64,000 bases of DNA from positions 82,040 to 146,039 of the forward strand of contig JALMLS010000196.1 in NCBI GenBank assembly GCA_038496445.1, written 5' to 3'. The first letter of the stretch is position 1. Each line of letters opens with the position of its first letter. Source of the DNA: Trichosphaerium sp. ATCC 40318. Taxonomy: Eukaryota > Protista > Tubulinea. The notes below the pieces were generated by a model, which was not told the origin of the DNA, searched no databases, and saw only the letters and a program-made list of their open reading frames with translations. Below are positions 10,877 to 23,781 of the stretch, in pieces. A program made the translations under genes and the position numbers.

Positions 10877-13865
10877 ATGGCACAATTCCATGTGGAAGAA
10901 CTGTTTGCGTGGAACGATCTGCCTACTGGGCGAAATTTGCACTCTTGTGTTGCTGTGCGGCAATACTGCTAGCGTTATTACGGCGCTGACAGGTGTAGGT
11001 AACCTCCCATCGCAGTCAAGAGTTATTCGCGTTTGGTGGCTGTTCTAAGTGGAACGATACGCTTGATTGCAGCAGTACGAACTCGTTAAAATTATGTTTT
11101 AACCAACTTTTCACCAACAGTTTAGTTATTTTCCCCTAAAGACTAATTCATGTTTAGTTGTCCACGTCTTTAATATTGGTACAATCGCTTTTTTCAAAAC
11201 GTGTTGTTTGTTGTTTGTTTTTTATTGAATCATTACAGAGTCCCTCAATTGGGAAACCAAGCCTGCAACGACGAGACACGGGCGTGGAAATCTTAAACAT
11301 CGCGCTGGTACGTCTTTCGAAGTTCATTGAAACTTTTTTTTTTCGGCCGTAAAGGGGTTGCTTTTTGAGTTGAACGCGCTCTACGCGTAGGAACTCAATA
11401 TGTGCTTGTTAAAAAAACTGGTTGCTGTGCTATTAACCACCACCTCTTAAGGTCATTCAACAGTAGTTGCAGGAGATAGATTGTTTATTGTATACGGCGG
11501 TTGGGCAAAACCTGGCACCATGCATAACGACTTGTGGTTCACAAAGCGTGAAGAAAGACCAGGTGAAATTAGCTGGGCTCAACTAGCAGCTAAAGGGCAT
11601 TCACCATTTAAGTTATCGGGGCATACCGCGTCATTAGTTGAAGATGATAGAAATACCAGAATGTACATGTTTGGAGGGTTTGCTGTAATGCCAGATGGTA
11701 GAAAAAAGTTAACTAATGCAATGTGGGTTTTGGATCAATTTTTCTGTGCGTAAACAAGCCTGTCGCTCCTGTATTAATGATGAGTAATAGCACAAAATGA
11801 TGAACGTGCATGGAAGAGAATGACAACGACTGGAAAAGGTGAGCGAACTCAACAATGAGTTTTATCTGTTCTGGGTTTAAACTGATTGTTTTAAAGGACC
11901 GTCACCTAGGACAGGTCACACTCAGATTAGTATCACCACTTCAGTGTTTATATTTGGTGGTCGAATGGATGAGGTACATGAGTTCAAATGCATAATATGT
12001 TTCAATAATGGAGAGTGTTATAGGGAGTATCAAACGAATTGTTTGTTTTAGACGCTTCCAGTAATGCATGGATCACTATAGAGATAGAGGTACCTTGAGT
12101 TGTTGTTGGATTTCTTTACCTTATAACTGTACGAAAGGGACCCAAGCCATCTCCTAGATTCCATCATTCAATGTTCTTTGATGAAGAAGACAATGACTAC
12201 TTTTATATTTATGGAGGTACAGATGGTAACACATTTTTCAATGACATTTGGCGATTCGATACAAGTACGATTGAACTTAACTTCTCTCTGGTCCATGTGT
12301 AATTCTTTTTTGTTTAGCTTCATTCGAGTGGATGAAGGTTCAGTTATCTGGTAATGTACCAGCTGTATCAGGTCATAAAACAGTGTGCTCGAGAAGGGTA
12401 AATTCCTAGCTTGATTTTTTTTTTACCTAGTTTCTAACGACCCTGTAGAAATTTTATAATTTTGGTGGCACTTATGAACTAAAGCCTGGGAGCTTTAAGA
12501 TAGCTAAACAAGAAGCTAAATCAGGAGATGATATTGCTACTATTTTTAAAACGCTAAAGTACTCCAACGCAGTGCATGTTATTGAAAAAGGTGCAGAGTT
12601 AATTAAGTCTATCCCTTGATGTTAACTTTCTTGATAGTTTCTCCTTCTCTTGGACCTCACCTTCCTCTTACTGAAGTAGCTCTACATGATAGACCAACTA
12701 TGTTAGATTCTGTTGTTAAGTCTCTAGAAGAGAACAATAGGGCCCTGCTCGGTGAAGAGCTTGCTCTCACTCCACAAGGATTAAAACTTGTTACTGAAAG
12801 CATCACATCATTGAGCAATAGAAAACCACTACAACATTCAGCACAAAGAGTTTGCAACCAGCTGCGAAGGCTATTGTATTGGCCTACTGATAAACGAGCT
12901 CCTGGTACTACTTATCAATGTAGCTCCCTTTGACCTCCTTACAATGTTATAGCGTTACAAGCATTTAGCATACTTGTGCTTAATAAACAAGTAGCTCAGT
13001 ATTGGTACTCTGCTCAAAAAAATGCTACAATGTTTATTCAAACACTCTTGGATATTGGTAAGTTCGTTACCTTGCCTGCCAAAGTATTATTACTAAGGAC
13101 TTTTTTTAAAGGTGTCAATGAACCTATATGCGCAACACGTACTGCAGGATTACGTGTAATACAAAACTTGTTTAGTCACAAAATGTTTGCACGCCCACTT
13201 TACAGATGGGTTAAGAAGGTTAAACAACTTATTTCTTTTCGGTCTGCCTTTTTGTCTTCATTAACGCTTTTCTCAGGTAATTAATTGTATGCAACGTTCT
13301 CTTAGTTATGATGATGAAGACGCATCTGAAAACCAGCTTGTAGAGGAACACGCAGCGATGATTGATGTTCTAACAAAGTACTTTTTTTTTACTTCTTTTT
13401 TTTTGGTGTAGTGGACAAGTTTCTATCTAACGGGGTTTTTTTAAAAAAGCTACTGTATGATGGTACAAAGACAGCAAGGTGGTGATGTCAAGGCAGCACT
13501 GCTAGCTCTAGCATCAGAGGTGTGTATAATCGTTTGATTTTGTTAACTTCTTATCAAATATGATAACATACTGAACAACTTTCCTTTTATAGCTCCTCGC
13601 ATCTGTTGAAAACAACAATAACATATTCAATATCTTGCGCGCTGTTGGAACACTGGTACTAGATAATTCTGAAAAGTCTTAAAGCTTCATATCTTAACAC
13701 GTGATTTAGGTATTCCACAGGGATAAACCTACAATAATTTTAGCTGAGGACTTTAGCTTGGCCATGAAAGGATTACTGATACAACATGATGATTGGCCTG
13801 CCAATATCATTGATACTATAGATCATATTTACGCTTTGCTTGATGAACATGATCCTTTGTTGTAA
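10877..13865 (+). CDS. Kelch-repeat protein with C-terminal PUL-like (armadillo) domain
   Basis: Kelch blades GRNLHS..FAFGG, GHS..IVYGG, SGHTASL..MYMFGG, PSPRTGHT..IFGG, PSPRFHHS..IYGG. C-term LLYWPTDKRAPALQAFSILVLN, GLRVIQNLFSH and FNILRAVGTL resemble a PUL domain. Confidence 0.75.
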
Positions 13866-14274
13866 TGTAACCAAAATAAATTTTGGAGATTTATTGTGTA
13901 CATTGTTTATCGCTTTCCTTTTCTGCAGCTTTACTCGAAACAACCTTACAATGTTGCGGACAAAGCGACGAATAAAGGGGCTTTAGGCGTTGGCTGAGGA
14001 GTACGTACAAGTGTTGATTGAGATGGTGTTGCCGCTTCAGAAACACGTGAGCAGGTATTCCAAATACAACCCAATCTGATTCATGACAGGCACGGAAAAC
14101 AAGAATGTAAACAAAGGTTTATGCCTTCGCTGTTGTAAATGACTTGAGGGTTTACAAAACATACCTAAGTTGTCTGGACACAGCTGATCATTTTGCCAAA
14201 AAACAAAGTCTATTAATTAAAAGTACAAGTATTTTTTATTTACATCGTTGTTAGTTTTTTGTATGGGTTTGGGT

Positions 14275-14742
14275 CTAGGATAACTCTATCCCTTGTTCAA
14301 GAGCCCATTCTTCAAACACTTCACAGAACAGCTTATCGGCAGCTTCTTCAGAGGGATTCACCACCAAGAGTTGCTGGTCCATTGCCAAAGTGGTTGTATC
14401 GCTTGTAGCCACTGGTGATATGACGGTTGGCACCTTTGATGCGGTTTTAAGCACCTTTGAAGATTGCACTGTGTTTTCACACTGTGTCTTGCCCTGGATC
14501 TTCACTTCACGTCGGAAGATCTTCTTGTGTCGTTTGATTTCTGTTTTGGGCAGGTCATCGTGAATTACTTTTATCACTGTAGTCTCTTGGCTGTGACTGT
14601 TCGTGTGAGTGCAGACAGTGCCAGTGGTGTCTTCTCTGTAAATATTGTCGTTGTCGAGGGTGTGCTTCGGTTTTGATCGCTTACCGTTCTTCTTGAATAC
14701 GTTGCAGAATGTGTTGAAGCATTGTCTGATTGTGTCGAACAT
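14275..14742 (-). CDS. Intronless 155-aa orphan protein, copy A
   Basis: ATG-to-TAG ORF, near-identical to 15509-15976, with AATAAA downstream. Confidence 0.7.
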   Translation of the reverse strand: MFDTIRQCFNTFCNVFKKNGKRSKPKHTLDNDNIYREDTTGTVCTHTNSHSQETTVIKVIHDDLPKTEIKRHKKIFRREVKIQGKTQCENTVQSSKVLKTASKVPTVISPVATSDTTTLAMDQQLLVVNPSEEAADKLFCEVFEEWALEQGIELS

Positions 14743-15508
14743 TGGATGAGGTGTTTAATCGGTTTGAGTAGATGATTTGTGTGTTTTTGAAACTCGTGTA
14801 GTTTCTTGTCCAGGAAAGTTGAGAAATGCAAATGATAACTGCATTCAGCAACTGTTTGTTGTTTTTCTCAGAGTTTTGTTTTTAACATATCACCCCAAAC
14901 ACACTGTGGTGCCAATGTGAACCTAATCAAAGCGTTGTAGTTGTTCTCGGAGAAAAAGGGATACGGCAACTACTACATTTAATTAAAAAAGTCATGAATA
15001 ATCCCATAGCAAACAGTACAGATGCATACACTAGTCAACAAACATTGCAACACTTTTTGTAAAGAAGCGCACTAATATTTAAATATTTGGCGCTATTTCT
15101 GTACCTTTCTTTTAGACTTTACACCCACACTCAAAAAGGTTCCATGTACGTATGAAAGTAACATACGATAATTAAAAACTCAACAACTACACAAGTTAAA
15201 ACAGACCTTAAAATACCATGAGCCTTGCGCTGTATACCAAGGACAGACAACTTGAGTTTTTCATCAAGCATAAGTACATTGTACAAACGTTTTATTAATT
15301 CCAATGACCTATTCTACGCGCAGAGAATACATAGCATAGGTACTAGAAGTGTTTGGGGTGATATGTTAAAAACAAAACTCTGAGAAAAACAACAAACAGT
15401 TGCTGAATGCAGTTATCATTTGCATTTCTCAACTTTCCTGGACAAGAAACTACACGAGTTTCAAAAACACACAAATCATCTACTCAAACCGATTAAACAC
15501 CTCATCCA

Positions 15509-15976
15509 ATGTTCGACACAATCAGACAACGCTTCAACACATTCTGCAACGTATTCAAGAAGAACGGAAAGCGATCTAAACCGAAGCACACCCTCGACAA
15601 CGACAATATTCTCCGAGAAGACACCAATGGCACTGCCTACGCCCACACAAACAGTCACAGCCAAGAGACTACAGTGATAAAAGTAATTCACGATGACCTG
15701 CCCAAAACAGAAATCAAACGACACAAGAAGATCTTCCGACGTGAAGTGAAGATCCAGGGCAAGACACAGTGTGAAAACACAGTGCAATCTTCAAAGGTGC
15801 TTAAAACCGCATCAAAGGTGCCAACCGTCATATCACCAGTGGCTACAAGCGATACAACCACTTTGGCAATGGACCAGCAACTCTTGGTGGTGAATCCCTC
15901 TGAAGAAGCTGCCGATAAGCTGTTCTGTGAAGTGTTTGAAGAATGGGCTCTTGAACAAGGGATAGAGTTATCCTAG
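15509..15976 (+). CDS. Intronless 155-aa orphan protein, copy B
   Basis: Inverted duplicate of copy A, with six amino-acid differences all in the first 45 residues. Confidence 0.7.
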   Translation: MFDTIRQRFNTFCNVFKKNGKRSKPKHTLDNDNILREDTNGTAYAHTNSHSQETTVIKVIHDDLPKTEIKRHKKIFRREVKIQGKTQCENTVQSSKVLKTASKVPTVISPVATSDTTTLAMDQQLLVVNPSEEAADKLFCEVFEEWALEQGIELS

Positions 15977-16186
15977 ACCCAAACCCATACAAAAAACTAA
16001 CAACGATGTAAATAAAAAATACTTGTACTTTTAATTAGTAGACTTTGTTTGTGGTATAAATGATCAGTTATTGAGTAAAACTGGATAATTTGTAGTGTCC
16101 ATTGAACCTCGTTTTGTTTCTTTAACCAGAAAATATGATTTGATTTATTAGTCTATACAGCAATAATTACCTTCAAAGGAGAACCA

Positions 16187-16845
16187 CTATAGATTCAGCT
16201 CGAATTCTTTTAAGTCACATGTAAATGAGTCGAATTTGTGCCACTCATCATAACCAAATGAACCGCCAAAAACATTAAATAAAGCAGATACCTTATCAAC
16301 AGTAACTTGCTTTCTATTCCAGTCTACTTCATATTCGAATGGCCCAGCTATATTAATATCTACATAACTAACTTGATATCCCATCCGTATGACATTGGCT
16401 TCTTTCATTAGTTGATGTGACATGTGACGAAGAATTGCAGGGCCAACACGAAAAGCCATAAACAATTTTTTAATGTCATTCGTTTCTTTTGGTGTATTTT
16501 TTAGGTCCTTCTCTGCAAGGTATTTAGGCGAGTATTTGTTAAATGTTGGTGTTGATGGTAAACGTGTTTCTCTTGATAAAGCGATTTCAATGTATCGTGA
16601 GGGCTTGCTAGTAATGAATTAAAGGTATCAGCGTCATTATTGGCAACAATTTCTAGCTGTTCTCTCCAGCTATCTTGAGATAAATCTTTGAACCATAACA
16701 CGTGATAAAAATACTTGTTTGATACCCGCAAAGCACAAAAAGTATCAACAGACATTTGGCCAGCAATTAATACCCACACTTCGTTTGGAAGAGTAGGTAG
16801 GTCTCCAGTGTGTTGGCAATCTTTGTTCACAGAGCTTCCCATCAC
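16187..16845 (-). CDS. F-box protein (junction near 16510 unresolved; may be frameshifted)
   Basis: LPTLPNEVWVLIAGQMSVDTFCALRVSNKYFYHV is a typical F-box. The downstream frame EKDLKNTPKETNDIKKLFMAF needs a splice or a frameshift. Confidence 0.7.
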
Positions 16846-17079
16846 GTTTATTTGATGGCAAACAAGTCTTGCTTTGTGTTAAGTGAAAAGAATACAACTG
16901 AAACTCTTTGACTCTGTAACTGCCTCGTGTTGCACAGCACTTATTAGGTTTTTGATGTTATTAAAATCAAGTGCACAGGCATCAAATTAGTATGCTTGAT
17001 CATAACTCAATGCACCACAACAATGATTGAACAAACCAGAATTTATCAAAAGATATTTAAGTTTTCTGTTGATTCCAGT

Positions 17080-17400
17080 TTATTTTGGGTTAAAATGGAC
17101 CAACTTTTGTACATTTTGACCTTGAAGGTGTATAGCTTTGTAATAAACACAATATGCTGACCATGAGCATTTTGTTAAGTCATTAGTTTCTTTTGGAATC
17201 TGTCTTTCTTCTTTTCTCCAATTCTTCAGCAAGCTTATGCTATTCTTCCGTTTCATCGGGCACAGAGACCATGATATATCGTTTGGAGTTTGTAGAAGTT
17301 GGATAAGGATCGATGTCAATAATTGAGCGAGTACCTGTTCTTCAGAAAGCTTTTGATTTAAGCTTGACTGAATCTGTTGAGTGCTTTATCTGTACTACAT
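17080..17400 (-). pseudogene. Possible degenerate paralog fragment of the adjacent F-box gene
   Basis: PKETNDLTK (ccaaaagaaactaatgacttaacaaaatgctcatgg) resembles PKETNDIKK (ccaaaagaaacgaatgacattaaaaaattgtttatgg). No intact ORF. Confidence 0.35.
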
Positions 17401-17785
17401 TAGAATCTACAAAAGGTCTAAATAAATACAATGCATGCAAGATGTTTGGGACTAAAAACTAGCACCTCCAGACTAGACTGATTTGCCTCTTTTTGCATGT
17501 TCTACGAACCATATCCAAAACGAAAGCTGCTTTCCTTATTTATCATAAAAGCAACACGCACATTTGTCATTCTGTGTTTTGATTTACAGAACATTCTGGG
17601 TGCTATTTACCTATCAACGTGTGTTTACACCAATTAAAACAAATTCAATATCCATGGTAGACTTACTAGTAAGCGAGTCGGACACGTGGGGTTTTTTTCG
17701 AGGTATCAAAACAAGGTGAGTCAGCTTGCAAACTTCTCATTACTATCTTTTTATTTTGACGTTTTAAATACATGCACAACTTGCT

Positions 17786-20700
17786 TTAAGCACTAATGAT
17801 TGTTTTTAGTGGTTTATCACTGTTAACGAAAGCCCCTCTGCTTATTTTTTCGAGTTTTCGTTTTAAGTCAACATTACGTTGTTTTAACTCAGCATTGCTG
17901 TTTTTTAAGTTTTGAACGCTCTTCTTCAAAGCGACTACTTCTTGTTGTAAATCTTCACTGTGAACTGAAGGTTGAGTTCCATTCGCTGTCAAGATCACAG
18001 ATCTTGTTGTCTTGCTTTTTTCTAATTCCTCTTTGGATTTTGTCATGTAATACATTCGAGGAACAATCAATGACAATATTGAGATAAAAGGGCCAAAAAC
18101 AAGACATAAAGATCGAAGAATAAACGCCACCTCGCGATTACTTGATGAAAACATCTATAAATAGTATGAGCACGTGACGGATATATATATAGATATGGAT
18201 ATACGCACTTGAATAATGATGATAATGAGAATGAAGAAAGTAAGGTTATAAACAGCGAATCCGATTACTCTTGATAAAAAAGGTTTAAACAAAAAACTTC
18301 TAAAAAAATCTTCAACGGAAAAAACAACGCACCTTGATTCGTTGTAGAGAACTGCTTTAAGTTTCCATATTTTATATATCCAGTAAAGTCCATATAAGAG
18401 AACACCCGCATTAAATGCCATGAGGACGGAGAAAAAAATTGTATCTGTTGTTGAGTTTGCGCAAGTAAAATAATCATCAGAACGAATAAACGCTTCTTCT
18501 TCCACAATCTCAGCACGGCCTCTACTTACTATTGTCCATATGGTAAGTATTACAACTTCTGTAGCTATAATTGCAGCGACAATTGGAATGATCATCATAT
18601 TCGTGACTTTGAAAACCTTCAATGATTTAACAAGGAATATTTGACCAATTCTGTAAATCCTTGCAAACATTGCGCCGTATGTCAACTACAATCAGTTAAC
18701 ATCATGCTCTTTTTGCTCTCGCAAACTATGAACTTACACCAAATCCGATAGGCAGAAGCCATCTTGTAAGATTACAATGAAGGTCGTCCGTGTGAAGAGT
18801 CCAGAAAAATACAGAAGTATACATCAAAATAGTACCAATCTAATCACTCTTTAGGGATTTTTTTCAGAAAAAAAACAGGAACCCGTACCAGTGTAAGAAC
18901 AACAAACAATGGCTGGGAAGCGCGTATGACTGTGTGATCACGATAAATCAACACCCATACCATAATGCCAAGAGTGATGAGAATTACACAAGCTACAACA
19001 CTTATAATAACAAGCTCACTTGTATACTCTAGAGGAAGTTTATCAGTATAACTCCAAGGAAGTGAGCTAATTTTAGACGTACTGTACCAACCGTATGTGG
19101 TTTCTCGTTCATCCCATTTAGGCGCTGGATATACGAACTGATCAGTGACAGCGAATAGAGGAGCTATTATCTGGTATTCGATATTCTCATCAATCTGATG
19201 TGTTAACCCTGCTCTTCCAATATTTTGACCGAACTGATCAAACTCACACTCTCCACAAAACCCTGTTATATCGATAGAATTGATTACTTCTTGAACTTTG
19301 TCAACATCAAATGTACTAGAAACAAAGTGTTGGTACAAGGTGTAATTTACAGAAAAAAAAACTAAAGGTAAGTTGATTTGACACGTGCTTTGCTGTCTCA
19401 AAAGCGTATTGTATGATGTATCCTGCGCTGTAACCAGCCATGCCTATAAACTCATGATTAACCAAAGAAGCAACGTAAAGAGGGTTGTACCATTGATGTT
19501 CGGTTCAATACCATATTTAGCCTTGTACTGATTGTTGAACATTAACGCTGAAGTCTCAGTTCCGTTGGTAATGAAATGATGATACCGAACTCTTTCGTCA
19601 TATTCTTCATAACGCTCAGAGCGTACCCTCTTATCCCACTGAAAAAATTAGTACACTGAGGCAGATGAAGTTTAAGTTCATACATTTGAACCTCCAACCA
19701 TGACGTATCGAGAGTCTTCTCCTGCCTGTTCAACCAGACATGGTATTGAGAGAACGTAAGCCTAGTTCATATACATAAGTACAACCGTATTATAGTAAAG
19801 ACGGAGAATAAAGGAAGAATAACATACCTTGGCATTGTAATTCATTCTCTTTGCTGTCTGCATGAAAGCAACACAAGAAAAGAAAGTTCCACCCAAAACA
19901 ACGTCTGTTATGAATGTGAGCGATACAATCTATCGCCTATCGCAGAAAAGTTGTGGGTGAAGTGACATACCAGGTTTCTTCTCTTTGAGGACTGTGATTA
20001 GTTTATCAATATCTGGTTGTACTATTGTTGCATTCGAAGAAAAAGCAATACTTGTGTTGTACACAAGCTGCATCCCCAAAAACTCAACACTTCTTAGAGC
20101 ACCCTCGGAAATAGCCCTGGTGAAAGCAGTATCTACCAAAGCGTGATTAAAGAAATAATCATAGTCGCAACAACAAGTGTTATTACCTTCCCAAAAAATA
20201 GCTATTGTTTTAGCATTGTTTGAAACAGCGAGTAAGTTCAATGCTTCAATCATGAACCTTGTGTTTGGCTGTAATACGCTAGTAACATATTTTAATCTTC
20301 TCCCGAAAGGTAGAGCGCATGGAGGGCTTAGATTTTCGTCACAAATGTAATTACTCGGAGTTGAAGCGCTAGCTAAAACAAGTGTTAGTGAAAATAGTCA
20401 AAAGAGTAACATGTGCCAGAATAGAAGAATATATTACAGTGTTACGTCTCATATGGGACTGTAATGGTTTAAAAAATTTGTTGACTTTGACTTTTTTTTT
20501 CAATGTCTAGCACTGAGGCGCATCTAGCCGCATTGCGTACGTAAAATAGAATTTACTTTTAACTCGTTTGCAACGATTGCTGCAGGGACTCCCAAGTGTG
20601 TCGTTAGTGGCTATTGAGAAAGGTTAAGTTTAGACACTAAAAAGCAGTGTAAAAGAACATTAGATTTACAGAACACGTGATAGCACGTCGAGCAAGAACC

Positions 20701-21326
20701 ATACCAACAAAAGGAAATCGACATTTTCATTCATTATTAGATGTGTTGTAGCATTAGCCGTCGAGGCACTATCACCCCCTATGCAAAGAGCAATATGTTA
20801 TTTTCGAGACATACATATGATGACGGAGTTTTACAACTGGACTATCACGTCTAAAAATGTGCTGTTTTAACCTATACTCAAGGGCCCATACCTGTTTCTA
20901 ATTCAATAATTTCTACATTGTAATTGGTTCCGTTCACTTGTATACCTCCTCGAGCGTTTACCTGCGCGTAAGCAATTAATAATTGATCGATTTTGAGACA
21001 AGTACTAAACAGCGTTTTTCTCACTACAACATCTATATAGCACGGAACATCCTCCCTATAAGAACTAGAGTGCTATAGTCACATTCTAGAGACTGATAGC
21101 CCAATTTGTCGATGATGTGGTGAGAAAAGCACAGCTGTAACATCTGGATTTTGAACCGGCTAGGTACCGTTTCTTTCCACATTTGATAAGAGTTCCTCGC
21201 CAGAGTTTGAAAGATGACCGTGGAGCCTTCAGTAGGGTACACATGTCCGATGCGAATAACGTTTTGAGCAACAGAAGGTGCTACAATACATAATATTACC
21301 AAGCCAATAATCACAGAGAAGCGCAT
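17786..21326 (-). CDS. Family C (GABA-B/Grl-like) GPCR with periplasmic-binding-protein ectodomain and C-terminal coiled coil
   Basis: Signal peptide MRFSVIIGLVILCIVAPSVAQ, LivK-type ectodomain (VNARGGIQVNG, KTIAIFWE, GFCGECEFDQFGQN), 7TM motifs VIRASQPLF, YGAMFARIYRIGQIF, YNESR..IGFAVYN, and a heptad tail. Confidence 0.92.
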
Positions 21327-22140
21327 GCTGTACATGTGTGTCGTAATTTGAAATAAATTACGAGTTAAGGAGCACAATTTTCAATCAAAATCTACGCGAA
21401 TATGTGAACACAGCGACCCTTTCGAAGTAGAGGTCACAGAATCCGGTAAGGAAATTGTTTTAGTTTGATTTTTTGTTTTGGTAGAAGTGAATAATATTCG
21501 AAAAAGACTAAATTTAATAAGCACTTTATTGTAGGTAAATGCACGTGTTCGCCCATGACAGTTTTGCTGTTCAAATTTTTTTTGCGAGCACCAGACAAAA
21601 CTAGAAATGAATTATGCTACGCACGTGGGGCCTGCTGTAACCTGAACTAGTTTTTGGGAGCTGCTCAAACAGGGTGAATGATCAACTCCGATCACAGGAA
21701 ATTTCGTGGTGAAGACGTATCGTTGACTTTGCGTACAGCCTTTTTTTATCCTTATACAAACTTGTTTTGGTTTAGACACGTGGTAGCTTCACACGCATAC
21801 ACCGCTAGCAGCACGTCTGTTTAGGCATTTTTAACGGTTTTTGGAAGTAACACGCGCCAGCATTCTCTGCCACGGGTACTTAGTAATTGGCACTTGTCAG
21901 GCTTATGTTTCCTTGGCAACATCTTTTGGGCTAAATGTTGATTTATAACTGGCGTACCTCATGAACGAGCGTTGGCACTACGAATGCTCGTTTAAAAAAT
22001 AACTGGGAGGACTGTCTTGGTATTGTCTGTTCGAACTTGACCAATTTTTCCAAGTCCGCTTGTCAAACTGAAAATGTGCCTTAATCCAAAAGCTGTACAG
22101 TCAGCAATCGTATTTTCGCACTCAACAGAGAAGCGTTAAC

Positions 22141-22928
22141 ATGTCAAGTAACAAGTCAGAGCGAGAAAAGGTACTTGTAGAGAGAAAAGACAACAAAAGC
22201 GCTTTCAGCGTCGTTTCGTAGTTAAACCAGTCTGATGTCGCATACAAACCGTTTTGACATAATTTTATAGATGCTTGCGAGCGAATTGTATGATGCCGGC
22301 GACCTGGAATTAGTACAAGGCCGTAAACGAGCCAAACAGCTCGTACTCAAGATGAATACTTCTGGCGAGTCGCAGGTTAGCAACCCTGACAACAAAGAAG
22401 AATCTCTTCTGAGTCAACTTGTTGGTGCAGCTGGCAAAGGCTGTTGCATCGAACCTCCTTTTTATTGCGACTATGGATCCAACATTACACTAGGCAAGAT
22501 CCAGCACCTCCACTGAAGTCGCCGTTGTCCAACTAATCCTTTTATTAGGTAACAATGTTTTTATGAACTTTGATTGTGTCGTACTCGATTGTGCTCGAGT
22601 TGATATTGGTAGCTACTGCCAAATTGCTCCTAAAGTCCAGATATACACAGCCACACATCCACTAGATCCTGCTTTACGTAAGAGCGGGCAAGAGTTTGCA
22701 AAACCTGTAAAGATTGGAGAGAATGTTTGGATAGGTGGAGGTAACAAAGCTACAAATTGTTTTGTCATGGATTATAAAAAAAACCAACTTCATTTAGGAG
22801 CTATCATTTTGCCTGGAGTGACTGTAGGTGATAATTCAGTAATTGGTGCTGGTTCAGTGGTAACAAAGGATGTACCTAATAATGTAGTCGTTGTCGGCAA
22901 CCCAGCCAAAGTAGTAAAAAAAATATAA
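22141..22928 (+). CDS. maa: Maltose O-acetyltransferase-like hexapeptide acetyltransferase
   Basis: [83 protein letters not shown]. Confidence 0.93.
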
Positions 22929-22964
22929 CAATAAAAGTATGCAATGATTTATATAAACAAGAAG

Positions 22965-23508
22965 CTAATAATCGCTATAGTATCCAGAATCATATCCAGA
23001 GTCATAATTCCCACTTGCGTTGGAGTCGTATCCGGATTCATAACCAGAGCTACTGTCCGAAGAAAATGAACTAAAGCTATCGCTTGAATCGTCACTGTCT
23101 GATGAGTCTGACTACGTTTGGCATTAGAAAAACGCCATTGATGGGCTTTGTAAAGTAATACGTACCACGTCGCCACCTTGAGCACGTCTGTTAGCCTTTG
23201 CTATTGTGGACTGAACATGATTATTTATCAACTTACTTACGTCACGACCAAAAAGATGAAAGTCTATAGTATGAGTAGATTGAGAACGTTGCTGAGTAGT
23301 GATTCTGGTTTTGATTTCTACAAAAGTGTATATTCGTACCATACGGGCGTGTAGGGCGCATTTGACGCCTTCCTCTCGTGTTTCTACGCCGTTGATTTTG
23401 CTGTCTATGTGGTGCTACGCGTTTCATGACATGGTTTTTGATGCTCTCTCTGAACAAATGCGAGAGATCTTTAATCTTAGACTGAAAGTTCTTTCTCTTG
23501 CGGCTCAT
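22965..23508 (-). CDS. Small protein with basic N-terminus and Ser/Asp/Gly/Tyr-rich tail
   Basis: Splicing joins MSRKRKNFQ...RPY, DFHLFGRDVSKLINNHVQ...GGDV and SDSSDSDDSSDSFSSFSSDSSSGYESGYDSNASGNYDSGYDSGYYSDY* in frame. Confidence 0.55.
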
Positions 23509-23781
23509 TAGTTTTCGGTTTAATAAAATTAATCTCTCCCATTTCAATCAGCAGACCACTTTAAGGTAAGGTGCAATCAGAATTTGTCCCTCACTTAACC
23601 CAACAACTAAACACCCTTCCTAAAGTTAACTGGCAGCTCTTCTAGGCCGTTTACGTTCACAGTATTTACAGAATCACATATGGTTGAGATTAAAGGTTAT
23701 AGCCGTGACCTTTTTTCGTATTCTGTTTATTTTTTTCTTTTTTGCATAAAATTGTTTCATTTTTCTCCAACACTTCGGCAT

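Larger units (their letters stand above)
14184..16067. repeat. Long inverted repeat: ~720-bp arms (14184-14902, 15349-16067) around a 446-bp spacer
   Basis: Arms are direct reverse complements, including the two 155-aa ORFs and their flanks. Confidence 0.97.

Noticed and set aside
14464-15787. Overlapping 70-103-aa ORFs (MHCVFT..., MHFSTF...)
   Set aside because: Non-ATG starts; shadow frames of the duplicated 155-aa ORF.
23098-23135. CTGATGA...GAAA hammerhead-like core
   Set aside because: No supporting stems; it is the antisense of a Ser/Asp-coding exon and an intron.
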